This document shows, piece after piece, positions 12,114 to 24,868 of a stretch of DNA of 64,000 nucleotides. The stretch is from Lepidodermella squamata. Lineage: Eukaryota; Animalia; Gastrotricha. Position numbers and translations under genes: made by a program. Within the stretch, counting starts at the first letter, position 1. Every line of letters starts with the position of its first letter. The notes under the pieces are model-generated. The model saw only the letters and a list, made by a program, of their open reading frames with translations, had not been told where the DNA came from and did not search any database. Location of the stretch: the NCBI GenBank assembly GCA_047495785.1, contig JBLDXI010000074.1, positions 930,001-994,000 of the forward strand, written 5' to 3'.

Positions 12114-14172
12114 CTCAGACTAGACAAACTAGTATAATTTATTATAGAATTAACTTCACGAATCACGCTGCTAAAAATGATGGTCTTTTTCGTCTTCATT
12201 TTGTCTCAAAGAACTGCAGTTTTTATTTTAAAATCGTTTTCGAGGTGAAATTGAATAATTTGTGAAGAAAATCCGGAGATGTGTTGAATCAAAAAATTGA
12301 TGGAATTTTCTCACGAATCCGAGCCGCTCGCTCTACTTATTGCATGTGCGCATAATCGGTTAATTTGTGAGCACTTGATGTAATTTTTTGGTGTTTTTTC
12401 CCGTTAGGATTCACGTATCTTGAGCGAACTCAATTTTTGGGCTTTTACTGTGCTCTTATATAATGGATAAATTAATGTATATTAGCATCGCCGTATAATC
12501 TTGATGATTAGTGATTGAAGAATGTGATGGCTGAATACGGCATTTTTTATATAAATTTTTTGTGGAGAAAATTGAATAAAAATGTGAAATATTTTGAAAA
12601 CTGATTTTTTCTTATTTTCACGTCCTATAGTATTTTAAATTTACAGAGTAAATAATAATCGGTAGTCCGCCGGCTGTTAATTTTGGCTGAATTCTTCCTT
12701 TCTTATATAGCCATTTTATTTCGATTTTACGCAGGGAGCATGACTCTGGTAGGTCAATTGCTGCTAATGATTTCTCTAAACCAGGTAAATTTTATCGATT
12801 TTCATCGATCTGAATATAAAAACTACGCTATCGAATCTCACTGCCACTCTTCAGTATGCGGCATGGATAGTAACAATTTCCTGCCTGGGCTGGCATACTG
12901 CTGTGTTATACAGTATAGTCTAGGCATAGTCGTCGTTTGTTTGGCCATTTTGTTTACGGCGTTTTGTTTGTTTTATTACTACCTGCTGCTTCATGGGCAG
13001 TGAGCGCTACGATATTTTACAGCACCTTGCTGAATGCATGAATTTTTAACCAAGAATCCGCAGTTATAGCGAAAACAATAGGCTTCATTGTCGAATTGAT
13101 TACACTCTAGTGCTAATTTTATCTCATTCTCTTACTTAGTGATCACGTTCTCCTCCTCATGAAAAATCTTGGTTTGCAATTCGCTCAGAAATTGTCGTAA
13201 GTTTCGGCTACTTTTCCTTATCTGATCAAGTCTGTTGAACACCTTGCCATTGCGAATCCGGTGTATAAATTTGAATTTTTGAATTTTGAACAGGTGCATT
13301 TCCATGTAATCGTTGGGAAAATAGCTGGAAATGCATTACCTTGTTTTATTCAAAAACCGGACAAGCCCAATTTAAATCAGAAGCCGCAATTCTTAATACC
13401 AGCCTTATCACCCAGAACTCTATCAAAAAGCGAAGATTTTCGGGTGTGACTTTTTTCATCCGACAACCAAAAATGTGACTAAAATCATCAAACATAAAAA
13501 TATGAATTTTCTCGATTTTCCCGAGTTCGATTTTTCCGTAAAAAGCATACCGCTTTTATGCACCCTACTTTGGCCCCTGAACCAGCAGAATTTTATGGTG
13601 GTCATTATGGTGATCCGAGTTGTCAATTTTTTACTGTAATTTTTTGAAAATAATGAAAAAGCAAGATAAAAAAAGACATTGGTTGTGGATGAAAAAAGTT
13701 TTCCCCAGAGTTTCATCGCTTTGTCTTAATTCCGATGTCTTAATACTTAATACGAATTCAATCGTAGGCAAATTTGTAAAATAATTATTAATACATATAG
13801 GTTTCGCATTTTGAGAGCCGCGGCCTGCGATAATTATTCCTCTGTTTCTTCGCCGAAGGGCTGAAAACGCGGCGGTTATTCGAGTGCGGTTTTTTCCGTG
13901 GTTCAACCATAATTTTTTCGAAAAATCGGTAATTAGGATTCTGTTGCGTATAACAACCAAAATCTCGATTTTTATTCTGCGGGAGTGGAGGCTAAGAAAA
14001 TAAATTCTCCTCTTTCATTATTCGGATACATTTCTTTGTGAAGAATCCAAACTGTGTTGATGGCAATGGGAAGCATCGATTTGGGAACGGTTTAACGGCA
14101 AACTGCCACAAATTCGCCCATTAAATGTTGCTATTCATTATTATTTTCGTATTTTTATTTTATTTACTAGGA

Positions 14173-17100
14173 ATGTGGCGACTGATCACAAATCAGCGCC
14201 ACTTTTTTAAACGCCGAATATTTTACGCCCTCGCCATTGTTGTTGTCTTCGCGTATGTTTTCTACTTCGGCGCATCTCAATCTTCAAATTCAGCCTCAGA
14301 TGGCTCATACAACCAGCAACTGTCAGCAGGCGAAAAGACCGCGGCAGGCTATCAAAAATTGACAAATATCGCGAAATATCGCCTCGAGAGGTACGCCCAT
14401 CGAAACGACCCGGACGACCGGCCTGGCGCCTGGGGCCGGGGCCACAATCTCAACTTGAGAGGGGCGGATAAAGAACGGGAGATCAATGTAACTAAAACCG
14501 AGGCTTTCAACCTTCTCCTCAGCGAGAAAATTCCGTTAAATCGGACTCTGCCAGATTTTCGCATGGAAGAGTGTAAAAACATAAAATACGACCTTGATAA
14601 CCTGCCTACAGCTAGCGTTGTGCTTATTTTCAACAACGAAGCCTGGACCACGTTGATGAGAACTGCCCATTCTGTGATAAATCGATCTCCGCCGCAGTTG
14701 TTGAAAGAAGTGGTACTAGTCGATGATTTCAGCGACCGGCCTGAGTTGACGGGCGACAAGCTGGACGTGTACGCGGCGAAAGAGTGGCCGGATGGCGCTG
14801 TCAAGGTGGTTCACTTGAAGGAGCGGTCCGGCCTGGTTGTGGCGCGGCAGCGAGGCGCTGAAGCTGCGACGGGCGATGTTGTCGTCTTCCTCGATGCTCA
14901 CTGCGAAGCTTCTGAAGTAAGCACACTTATTTGTTTCACTTATTGTCTAATTGGAGCGAACATCATTTTGCGCCAATTTGAATTTTTTTGAAATTGTCTA
15001 CCAAATAAGTACCTAATTTCATTATTGTTGAAACATTCGAAGTTTTATGATTTTCATGCTTTGACCAAGGATTTGAATTGTTCATTTATAAAAAAAATTG
15101 CGAATAAAAAAACTAGCGAAAAATTCAAAAATTAAATGTTTTGAGAAATCAGGAAATTGCTGCTAAAATCCGATTTCAGAAGTTATTACTCATCTTATTC
15201 GCATGAAAATCAAAAGTCTTAAAAACTCGATAAGGTGTTTGACTTTTCGGATTTTTCCGGATTTTCGCGAATTTTCAGAAGTGGCAAGTACCTGATTAAT
15301 CAGCAAGGAAATGACGGTATCCAAAAATCAACTAGCGAGTTGGGTGTTCTGATCAGAATGTAGTAGGCTTCACAAGAATTCACTTGATGAAATTGCTCTT
15401 AGCCTAAGACGGGCTGTTCGAAAAATAGGAAGTATTATCTCATTTATTAGTGGGTATTTATTTGTAGCGTGGATATTTGTGGGTTTCATCGACGTGTATA
15501 GCCATAGCGTAGGTATCTTTATGGCTTCTACAAGCAAAGTGATGCTCACTCAGGCGTTTGTAGATATTTCTCAGATGGTGGAGATCGGAGCTTTGGATTT
15601 TTTAATTGATCTGACAAAACGCGGCTCAAATTTTTTTCTAGCTACGTCCATTTTCAGAATGTGAATAAGAAATTGAAGAGGGGATTAACATTTTTGAAAG
15701 TCTCAGAAGTAGCGGGTAGCAGCCCTGAAACGAGATTTCGAGAAGTGAGTGACCCAGCGCATTGTAGTTGGGAACAGCCATTGCTTGGCCATGCTGGTAG
15801 TAATGTGGAACCGCCATCGCTTGGCTCTGTGGGTTGTAGTTGATAGGTGCCATCTCCTGGCCATGCGAATTGTAGTAATTTTGAATTTGCAAATTTGTTA
15901 GCCAATCGCCAATCGCTTCTTGCTCCTTTAAAGTGGTAGCAATATGCCTCCTTTAGGCAACGGAAGATTCATCTTTTTATGAAAATCGAAGCAAAGGCCA
16001 ACTGGGAGAATTAACGAACGTAGCAAAATCATGCAGTTTGTTGCATCTTGAGACCAATACGCCGAATGCATGCTGAGAAGTCTTGTTAGATATTTCGAGG
16101 AAAATAGCGGACTTGGTTTTCCATTTAGTTCATATTCTTCACATTAGCCTTGTGACCATCGGCAGTTGTCGCCAAGACCTCACTGGACTTGAATTCTCCT
16201 TTGAGTTCCCGCAAGAGAACGGTTGGACTCTTGGGAAATTTGACAAATTCACAAATTTCGCTTTAGCCTATTTCGTATCAGCTTCGCATGATCTTCTAGC
16301 CGCGTAAGAAACAGTTGCGAACTCCTTTGTCTATTTTCCATCAGAGCGATATTTTGAATTTGAGAAAACCGAATCAAAGAGACTTGCGCTTGTTGATTTA
16401 CGATAAGATAACTTTTTTCGAATTCGCATTTTTAGGGCTGGCTCGAACCGATTCTGCAGCGAATCCACGAAAAGCGGTCAGCTGTTGTTTGCCCGATGAT
16501 CGGCGGCGTGAATGCGAATGATTTCTCAGCGAACGGCGGCGGCGGAGGCAATGGCGTGGGCGGCTTCTGGTGGTCGCTGCATTTCAGCTGGCGAAGTGCG
16601 CCCCAACGCGAGTTGAAGCGGCGGAAGGGACCTACAGATACCTTCATGTCGCCAACCATGGCCGGCGGCTTGCTAGCCGTTGAAAGAAACGTAAGTTGCT
16701 GTTTTGGTGGTCAAGCAATAATTTTTAACTGGTGATTTATTCTTCACAAGCACAGTACTTTTTCGAACTCGGCGGCTACGATACAGGCATGGATATCTGG
16801 GGTAAGTACTTCTAGTTGAAACCTCTTGATACAGTGTCTCATTGACACGTCTGGTAAAATGAGAAAATGTGGGATTTACTAGAACCCGACCAAAGCTTTA
16901 GAAATGTTCGAATATTTTGTCGCTTTCTGGTCCAAAACATTGTGCAATTCTCTGTCAATTCAATAAGGGGGTACTCGTTCGAGAAATGTGAAAGGAAAGC
17001 ATTTGACACATTGTACGCGGCTTAACTTAAGCTCTGTTATGCTGGCCAGCTTGTGCAAGCCCCAGTCGTGGCCGTTCGACTGCATGTTAATCGACTGAAC

Positions 17101-20100
17101 CCTAATTCACAGTTCATTCGAAACTCCATCGACGGCGTACTGAGACCAAACAGTAGGGGTTCGAGTTGAGGGCAGGAAGGGCGGGCGGGTAACAGGTACT
17201 GCGCCCTCTTCGCGACCGTCTTGTTAGACATCCAGCAGCGATCGAAGTAATCGCGATTGTGGCCCGGATCGGGCGATTTTAACCGTGCCATTGCCTACCA
17301 ACTCGCACTATTCGGCGTAGCGTTTTTGAAAGTCCGCCAGCGTGCGCACGTTCAGCAATTTCCGAGACGTCGAAAACACGACTTTTGAACTCTTGATCAG
17401 CCGATGAAGCTGACCAGCGGCAGCGAATGCAGTGCGCATTTCCGCAATTTCCCTTTTTGCGTTTTTTCTTTAGGGTCAGACCGGAGTGAATCGCCTGAAT
17501 CCAGCAAATCGGGGCACCAGTTGCCGCCTCTGTCAGTTCGATGTATCGCCCCGATGTTTGCTGTAGAAATCTGCAACCTCTTCAAGTTCCCCTTGTAGCA
17601 AGCGGAACGGCCCGCCCCACCCTCCAAAACGCGGAAAGGAAACGCGGTCAGATTGACAAAAGCTGGCCGGTTTTATTAAGCAACAAGTAACAGTCTTGAC
17701 AAGTATTTATGTATTACTCGACACGAATTCGATGCATAATAAGATTTTGTAAAGCCGCTTCTATCACCGAGCTGTCGACGAAGAGGGTAATTAGTGAAGG
17801 CAAGGAATCGCTTTCGAGAAACAGTGTAACGTTCATTCATGACAACCAGTTATTTAAAGCATCAGGAACACGGTTTGCTGCTGTTTGTCGTGTTGAATAG
17901 CTTCCACGGCGATGCGCCCATTTTTACAGCCAGCTGGCTGATGTTGAGAATATCATTGAATGGCGATTGATCAACTGATTCAGCAAGTGCATCCTTTTTC
18001 GCTCAGTGCTGGCAACAAAAAGCTGGTGAAAAAGTTCGAATTTGTCAAATATTAGCAGCTCAGAAGGCCGAATTTTAAAGCGCTCTGTCGCCTCAGGTTG
18101 CAGCTTTCAGTCGTAATATTCCTGGGCTAACTGCAACTGCCTTTAGGTGAATAGCCGCCAAAGTCTTCAAACTGATTGTTGGCAAGAGTTGCCGTGATGC
18201 GTTGCGCCGTATTAGTGATGAAAGTCGTATATAAATCGCGGACTTTGTGAGGTTGTATAAGTTTCAAAAACTTGGGATTCGATTTCATAAGTTATTAACA
18301 GGAATGGACAGAGTGCAGGCACCATTGTAATGATAATTCATGAGCAGGTAATAGGCGAAGCGGCGATCAGTCTGACCTGCCTGGTCGCTAGTCTCATTGA
18401 ACGCCCTCGTGAACCAAGGCATGAGACCCTCCGAAAAGAACAGCGAAAACCATTCTAGGGCGCCATGTCGAGCCACGCCGGAAGGCAGATGGCCGAGTAC
18501 GTGCAACCGAAATGTTACGAGCTGATTGCTGCCGAGTAGCACGGGAATATTTCACGGAAATGGTTGATTAAACGTGTAGAGGATCTCATATCAAGACTTG
18601 AGGAGTTGCATCTTCGTAGACTTGAAAAGATACAAGCCGATCTCATAGCATAGGATCAAGTAGACAATATCAGGTGGCTTAGCAGCGGATAAAGTCTGCA
18701 GCTTGAAGTGTTTAGCCTTCTTACTGCTCATTGTACTCGGCCCAAGCTGTCCATGCGGCAAATGATCTGGTGGATGGGGACGCTCATCTGCTTCAGCTGG
18801 AGTTCAGGCGAGCATATGCGATCGTGTCTTGCTGCTATAATATAAATTTTCATTCCGGACTCCGGACTCGGGTCGGGCTACGCTTTTGTAGTCATTGTAG
18901 TCATTGGTAAGATGAATTCATAAGAATTTACGCGAGAATTGGTAATAATAAAGCTATGATGGGATGTATAAAAAGTATATCAAGCACGAGGTATGAAAAA
19001 GTATCGCAGGCGCATCATGCTAAGTAGTCTTTGGCTAGATTTTAACTGGGATTTTCAAAGCTGCGAGGTGGCCCGCATTTCTCGCATCGGAAGGCCCTTA
19101 CGTTCACATTTTCATCGACAGCCGTAGTGGGGGAGCTACGCTTCTCGCGGATGAAGCAGCCGCAGCTAACCCCGCACGACGGCTGCCGAGAGCACTTGCA
19201 GCGATAGGTTCCGCCGTACCTCGCCAAATCGTCGTTTCGCCTTCGGAATTAATTCACTGTATTGGATTTCACGTTCATTTTCGTCGATGAGATTCCCTCA
19301 TTTCAGGTTCAGCTTTTCAAGGTGAAAGTAGACCTAGAAAGCTGGTGACATGGCCCCAACGGTTCAATACGGAGGGTTTGAAGGTGTGCCAGACCTCCTT
19401 CATATTTCCCTGACATTTTAGAGGCGTAGTCGTAGTGTGAATCATTAGTGAATTAGTGTCAATCTTCAAAGTGAATTTCTAGCTGTTCATCAGCGATACT
19501 TCTACCAGCGTGGCTGATAGGGTAGTACGGGTCTCCTTTCTCATTCGCTAGTTCATAATATTAAGCTTATCGTTGCCCTATAAAAATTGAATGACAAAGC
19601 TAACAATAATTGGCTAAAAATGGGAAGGAATGCCGAAAAAATATAAAAATGGGACGGGCAGAAATTTGTTAAAAGGATGTTCGCTCTCTTTCGGAATTCA
19701 CGTTTCTCATTGAAGCTATTTTCCATCCATTCTTAGGTGGCGAGAATCTTGAAATATCATTCCGAACTTGGATGTGCGGTGGATCAGTAGAATTCATCCC
19801 CTGTTCACAAGTTCCCCATCTCTGGCGCGATTTCCATCCGTACACATTCCGAAACGGCAAGGACACGCACGGGCTGAACTCAGTCCGCCTTGCCGAGGCT
19901 CTGATGGACGACTACAAGCGGTTCTACTACTGGTACCGGAGATCACTGACCGCAGAAATGGGCGGCGATGTTTCGGAACGGTTGGCGATTCGAAAGCGGC
20001 TCAACTGCAAATCGTTCAAGTGGTTCCTGGACAACGTATACCCGGAAAAGTTCATTCTAGACGAACAAGCGACCGCGTGGGGCTTTGTGAAGAACGAAGG

Positions 20101-20619
20101 TCTTGGCGGTCATCAGATGTGTTTCGACATTTTGAACCGCGACGAAAAGCGGACATTCAATTTGGGCCTTTATTCTTGCCAGGGTGGATCTTCGATGAAC
20201 CAAGTGTTTTCTTTTTCGTTTTGGAACGAATTCAGGCGAGAGGAATCTTGTGCCTATCTGGAAAATGAAGCAAAGTGAGTTGGCAGTTTTTCTCCACAGA
20301 GGTAGCACATCACTTTTTCTTTCATTAAATTTCTAGGAATCCTGATGGCCCACCTGTAACAGTGCCAATGCGTTGGTGCACCCGTGAAGCGAACGATGTG
20401 CCCAGTGCCCCTGTCGAGTTGTGGCGGTATGACCGTGAAACCAAGCAAATCATCCACCAGATGACGAATCGGTGCATAACAGCGAAGGGCGTTGAAAATG
20501 GTGGCGATGCGTTGGCTGTTAAGTGTGACGTTGCGGATCCGTTTCAGAGGTGGACGTGGGAAAATTTGCGGAAAGAAGAATCTCCGTACAACCCAACGGT
20601 TGTTCCTGTTTCTGTGTGA
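14173..20619 (+). CDS. Polypeptide N-acetylgalactosaminyltransferase (GT27, GLY-9/PGANT4-like), paralog B; exons 14173-14916, 16436-16690, 16756-16801, 19737-20274, 20337-20619
   Basis: Same GT27 motifs as paralog A (DAH, WGGEN, MCGG), lectin CFDILNRDEK...FRREESCA, in-phase GT-AG junctions, AATAAA at ~20747. Confidence 0.93.
15290..16310 (-). mobile_element. Degraded ORF-like insertion in GALNT-B intron 1, possibly transposase-derived
   Basis: Begins where intron-1 homology with paralog A ends (~15288). Broken minus-strand frames include QAMAVP-type repeats; no diagnostic motif. Confidence 0.25.
16850..19500 (-). mobile_element. Degraded Cys-cluster (CxC)-type transposon remnant in GALNT-B intron 3
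   Basis: Fragmented minus frames YRCKCSRQPSCGVSCGC...FRCEKCG and RAFNE...DRRFAYYLL with many stops. Confidence 0.3.
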
Positions 20620-21208
20620 TAAATATGGCTCAACGTTTTGGGAGTATGCAATTCTGTAACAATGACAGTTTAGTATTGAGTGATTGCCATGTAATCATGT
20701 CGCTTTAATGTCGATTTTTACATTTTGATGGAAAGCGGTGAAGATGAATAAATTATTTGAATTTCGACCAATTTCGGCAGCAATCTCATTCAGACACAGA
20801 TTTATTCGGGAAGACGCCTTTTTTGGAAATAGAGCGCAAACGCCAAATCATAAATCATGAATTTAAATAATGAATTTGATATAAATTCGAAATTTTTTCT
20901 CAAGCGTTGTATTTCCTGCTTTCCATGACTTTTCCGTCCCTAAAAAGAGTACAAATCCATGTAACATGTAAACAATAGAAACTAAAGATTCCCTAGAACG
21001 CAGGATCTCCCAGAATTCCTTGCTCTTGATGTTTCGCTCGAGATAAGCATGTATTTTCTTCCCTAGAAATGCGAGCTGGCGTTTGCCCATGCACCTTGCG
21101 CGAGATAAGCTTATTTTTTGGCTCAAGATATGACTATCACGATTCCAAGAAATTTAAAATGAATCATCCAACCAAATGAAAATGACTACTTCACCGCCGT
21201 CTCAAGGA

Positions 21209-21216
21209 CTATAAAT
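21209..21216 (+). promoter_or_regulatory. TATA box upstream of the small-ORF/ApoL unit
   Basis: ctataaat ~85 bp before the ATG at 21296. Confidence 0.4.
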
Positions 21217-21295
21217 ATTTCCCCTCGGAGAGAAAGCATAAGTGTAACATTTTTTCTTCACTGAGTAATAACTTGATCCGATACCAAGGGTTTTA

Positions 21296-21568
21296 ATGGT
21301 TTCAATGTTTCCTGATCCTTACAAATACGGCTCGGAACTTGCGCGAGGTATACTCGAAAAACTGGACGAACCAAACAGCCGAGACATTACACAAAGATTC
21401 CTGGTTTCCGCACGAAGACCAATCGACGCTGTGATCGACCGAGCTTACAGGCGAATTCTTTGGCTAATGACGATCGCATTTTTGTATGCAGTTGCTTTTC
21501 TTTTGTTTTGCAAATCAGACCTATCCAACTTATTCAACGGCAATAGAATAAATTTCGAGCTCCAGTAG
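21296..21568 (+). CDS. 90-aa single-TM orphan ORF directly upstream of the ApoL-like gene
   Basis: ATG-initiated, hydrophobic helix ILWLMTIAFLYAVAFLLF preceded by RR; follows a TATA box. Confidence 0.4.
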   Translation: MVSMFPDPYKYGSELARGILEKLDEPNSRDITQRFLVSARRPIDAVIDRAYRRILWLMTIAFLYAVAFLLFCKSDLSNLFNGNRINFELQ

Positions 21569-21631
21569 TTTCAAACAAAACTATTAATAGCAATTCAAAT
21601 TTGTATAGTTGTTTCAAAAATTATGTGAGAT

Positions 21632-22660
21632 ATGGTTGATTGGCTCGAAAATTTGGTAGCTAATATCGGGATCTCGCTTTTTGAGACTGATCGGCATGAA
21701 ACTGAAGAACCTGAATCTGAGCAATTCGGGCGAATAACCTGGAGAACTCTTTTTGGCATGCTCATCCTCTTCATCGCCATTCTTTTTTTGCTATGGTGCT
21801 TGCCATTCACGCTTGCACTAAGCCGAGTGCAGGCCTTAGCTCTTACTGCATCGGTCTGTGGGATCAGCTGCAATAACAGTCCTTCCACAGACGATGGAGA
21901 CGCCGAAGCAGATGATGAACCAGAGGAAAATCCGGCGGAGGAGGAATTGGAAAATCGCGACAATAAGAACTACATCTCGGTTGAAGATCCTGGCCACCCG
22001 GCTCTCGATAGCCTTCCTGTCGCAGGTCGGGTAACGACACAGCTTGGGAAAGCGGGTGTGGAAATAGCTGAGATCGTGACCGATGTTTCAAAAGCAGTCC
22101 TCAAAGCAGCCGATAAAGTTCAGGACGTTGTATCGCCGCTAGCGCCAGCCGCAAGGTCCACTCTGCAAGTTGCCGGTGTCGTGCTGTCGGCTGTGACGAT
22201 CCCTTTGGATGTTTGGATTTTGATTCAAGAGGCGTCGAAATTACACAAAGATGAACCATCCAAGTTTGTGAGGAAGCTAATTGATGCTAAAGTTCTGATT
22301 ATGGTATACCTCGCACGAGGGTTCGACAAAGCGGGAAATACTATAGATGACGCCACCCGGCAATCCTGGACCAATAGTGTTCGCGAAATGGAAGCTGCTA
22401 TCGTTGAACTGACTGAGTTGACGAGGGATGCCAGGATATGCCGAATCACTGGCGCTGTCGGTGGGATAGTGGGTTCAGGTCTTGCAATCGCAGGATTTAT
22501 TCTGGCTCCATTCACGTTCGGTGGTTCGCTTGGGTTGACAATTGCTGGTGGTGTTATCGGAGGATCAGCTGGTGCAACTGGAGGCGTGGCTTCACTTGTC
22601 GAGTTTATCAAGTCTCGCAAAGCCTCTAAGAAATATTCAGCAATAACTGATAACTTATAA
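21632..22660 (+). CDS. Apolipoprotein L-like protein, intronless, conserved halves in permuted order
   Basis: Contains GAVGGIVGSGLAIAGFILAPFTFGGSLGL (ApoL Gly-rich hairpin) and VAGVVLSAVTIPLDVWILIQEASKLHKDEPSK (ApoL C-terminal motif); AATAAA at ~22727. Confidence 0.8.
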   Translation: MVDWLENLVANIGISLFETDRHETEEPESEQFGRITWRTLFGMLILFIAILFLLWCLPFTLALSRVQALALTASVCGISCNNSPSTDDGDAEADDEPEENPAEEELENRDNKNYISVEDPGHPALDSLPVAGRVTTQLGKAGVEIAEIVTDVSKAVLKAADKVQDVVSPLAPAARSTLQVAGVVLSAVTIPLDVWILIQEASKLHKDEPSKFVRKLIDAKVLIMVYLARGFDKAGNTIDDATRQSWTNSVREMEAAIVELTELTRDARICRITGAVGGIVGSGLAIAGFILAPFTFGGSLGLTIAGGVIGGSAGATGGVASLVEFIKSRKASKKYSAITDNL

Positions 22661-24052
22661 CTTATAAATGTTTTCGATCACAGGATTCGTTTGACGAACT
22701 ATATTTTCTTAATTTATTCAAGCCCCAATAAAGCCTAAATGGGGCATTCGAGCTATAAATTTACACCGCGGAATAAGTACTGAACTTTCATTTTCTCATG
22801 TCAAACCTTGCCGAACTGCCAAACGTTAGAATTTATTTCAAACCTTGAAACAAGAAAAACCTGATAGTCCAATGCCGAAAACTAATGATCACTAACCATC
22901 ACCGATGACCATCACGTAAGAATTGTTGCGATATTCAGCGTCAAACGGTAGCATTTTAGTTTAGGAATGTAGGAATGTTCCACCGGCATGACTATGAAAT
23001 ACCAGTAACACATTTCTCGGGAAATAAATTTAGTTGCCGGTCAGGCGTATGAATGCACTGTGGTTGTCAAATTGATATATGCTGGCAAAACCACTTTCTA
23101 TGATGCTATGATGCTAACCCTCGCGTGATATGATGCGTGTTGTATAAAAAATCATTTTTAAACTATCGGGCTAATATCAATACTCGTTGAAGGATCTTTC
23201 CAGGCAGAACTGAACCTGCTTGAACAAGACTGGAATTCATTACCAAACAGTACTTTACCGAGTTGTGCACTGGGAGAAGATTGAAAAAACCAGCAGAACT
23301 TTGCCTGGCACCACATTCGGTTAATCCAAATTTTGAGCAAGATAAGCGCCGCTGATTCAATGGTATGACCTAATTAATAATGGTTATATCCGAAAATAGC
23401 TGAAAAATGAGCGCAATTTTTTGTTCGTTGAATCTTTTCTTGTTTTATTATCTACATAATTCCGGCAGTTAGATTGCGCCTTAGAGCCCTTTTTGGCATG
23501 TTGCCCTTTGAATGAATGCAACGGTCATTTGAACTCAAAATTGCATGAATGAAATGGCGTGAATTGCGAGTTGGAAGGAACATCCACGGCGAGCTTATTG
23601 ACAGCATTATCGGTAAGACCTGGAAACAACAACGCTGCACTGGGTCGCCTGGCAGCAATGTGACAGCTTGATGCGAAAAAACGAACCGGTCAAACTACGC
23701 ACCGACGCACGCTCCATTTCCTTTCACACGTAAACGATTAAATATTAATAGCCGCAAAATGCAGCCAACAGGGCATTGCATTTTTTATTCTTCAGCGATT
23801 AACAGCGTAGTGCTGGAGATCAATGTATGCAATTACCACGAATGTTATTGCATTCAATCAGTGGTAATTTCTGAATTTGCTTCCCATTTTCTTATCAATA
23901 GCAAGCCACTTTGAAGATGAATGGAAAAGAATGGAGTTTTTCAATACACTGGTTCAAGATCAGCGAGCCTAAACTTTAACCTCAATCTTACGAAGCCTTT
24001 TCTACTCCGTTAGGAATTAAATGTCAGACTTTTTTAAAATTGAACTTTCGAG

Positions 24053-24868
24053 ATGATTTTGGCGCTTTACGAGCGCAATGCAACACTGTACGCGGCGTGG
24101 AAGCGTCGCGGAGCTGACAAGTGCCTGCGCTGGATCGCGAGCTCAAATGGAGCTATTCCAGATGGGGCCGTGCAGGTCGGATTCCTTGGCGGCAGAGGAG
24201 GTGAACCGATTTACGTAGGGCGCATTTCTCTGCCAAATAACGACACTGTACCAGGTATGTTAAATGAATTTTTGTTTTTTGCAGTAGTCTCGGGTTCAGT
24301 TTCATCCCATTACAACCGTTCTAATGATGAGATCCTCTTCTACCTGTCCCCCGTTCTTCTGTTCTTTTGGTCATTCTAACCAGGAAAGTCTGAGATTAAA
24401 CTAAAGAACCAGAAAATCGAAAACCCATACAATCACATCTGTACCTCTAATGTTAGTTAGAGATTTGAAAGTTTTCTCCACCCTATTTCAGGCACTGTCA
24501 TACCTAGTCGAGGCGCATGTTACGCAGCGTGGCATGGCCGCGAACTTGAGGCCTTCGACTATGAAGTTCTCATCAACTCAAACCCTGACAAATGTCACCT
24601 GCACTGGTCAAGTTTAGGCCCCGAGTGCGAATTGCCAGACGGCGCTGTCAAAGCCGGCATAGATTTCGAATCGGACTCCTTGTTGTTCGTAGTTCGCGGA
24701 CGCCCCCCTGGCGCCCAGGGTGGGACACACACAGGCCAGCTCAAAAGTGGGGAAGCTATCGCGAAAATGTCATTCGACGGCGCCGAACATCAGTTGGATA
24801 ACTTCAAAGTGCTATGTCGGAGATTTATACATGCCTACTCTAACAACTACCGGCCGTTTACTTGCTAA
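24053..24868 (+). CDS. DM9-repeat protein; exons 24053-24254, 24492-24868
   Basis: WIASSNGAIPDGAVQVG...EPIYVGR...PGTVIPSRGACYAAWHGRE...YEVL, followed by a second repeat ending FKVLC. Confidence 0.88.

Noticed and set aside
12683-13960. Hydrophobic short ORFs upstream of GALNT-B
   Set aside because: AT-rich chance frames without reliable starts, codon bias or paralogs.
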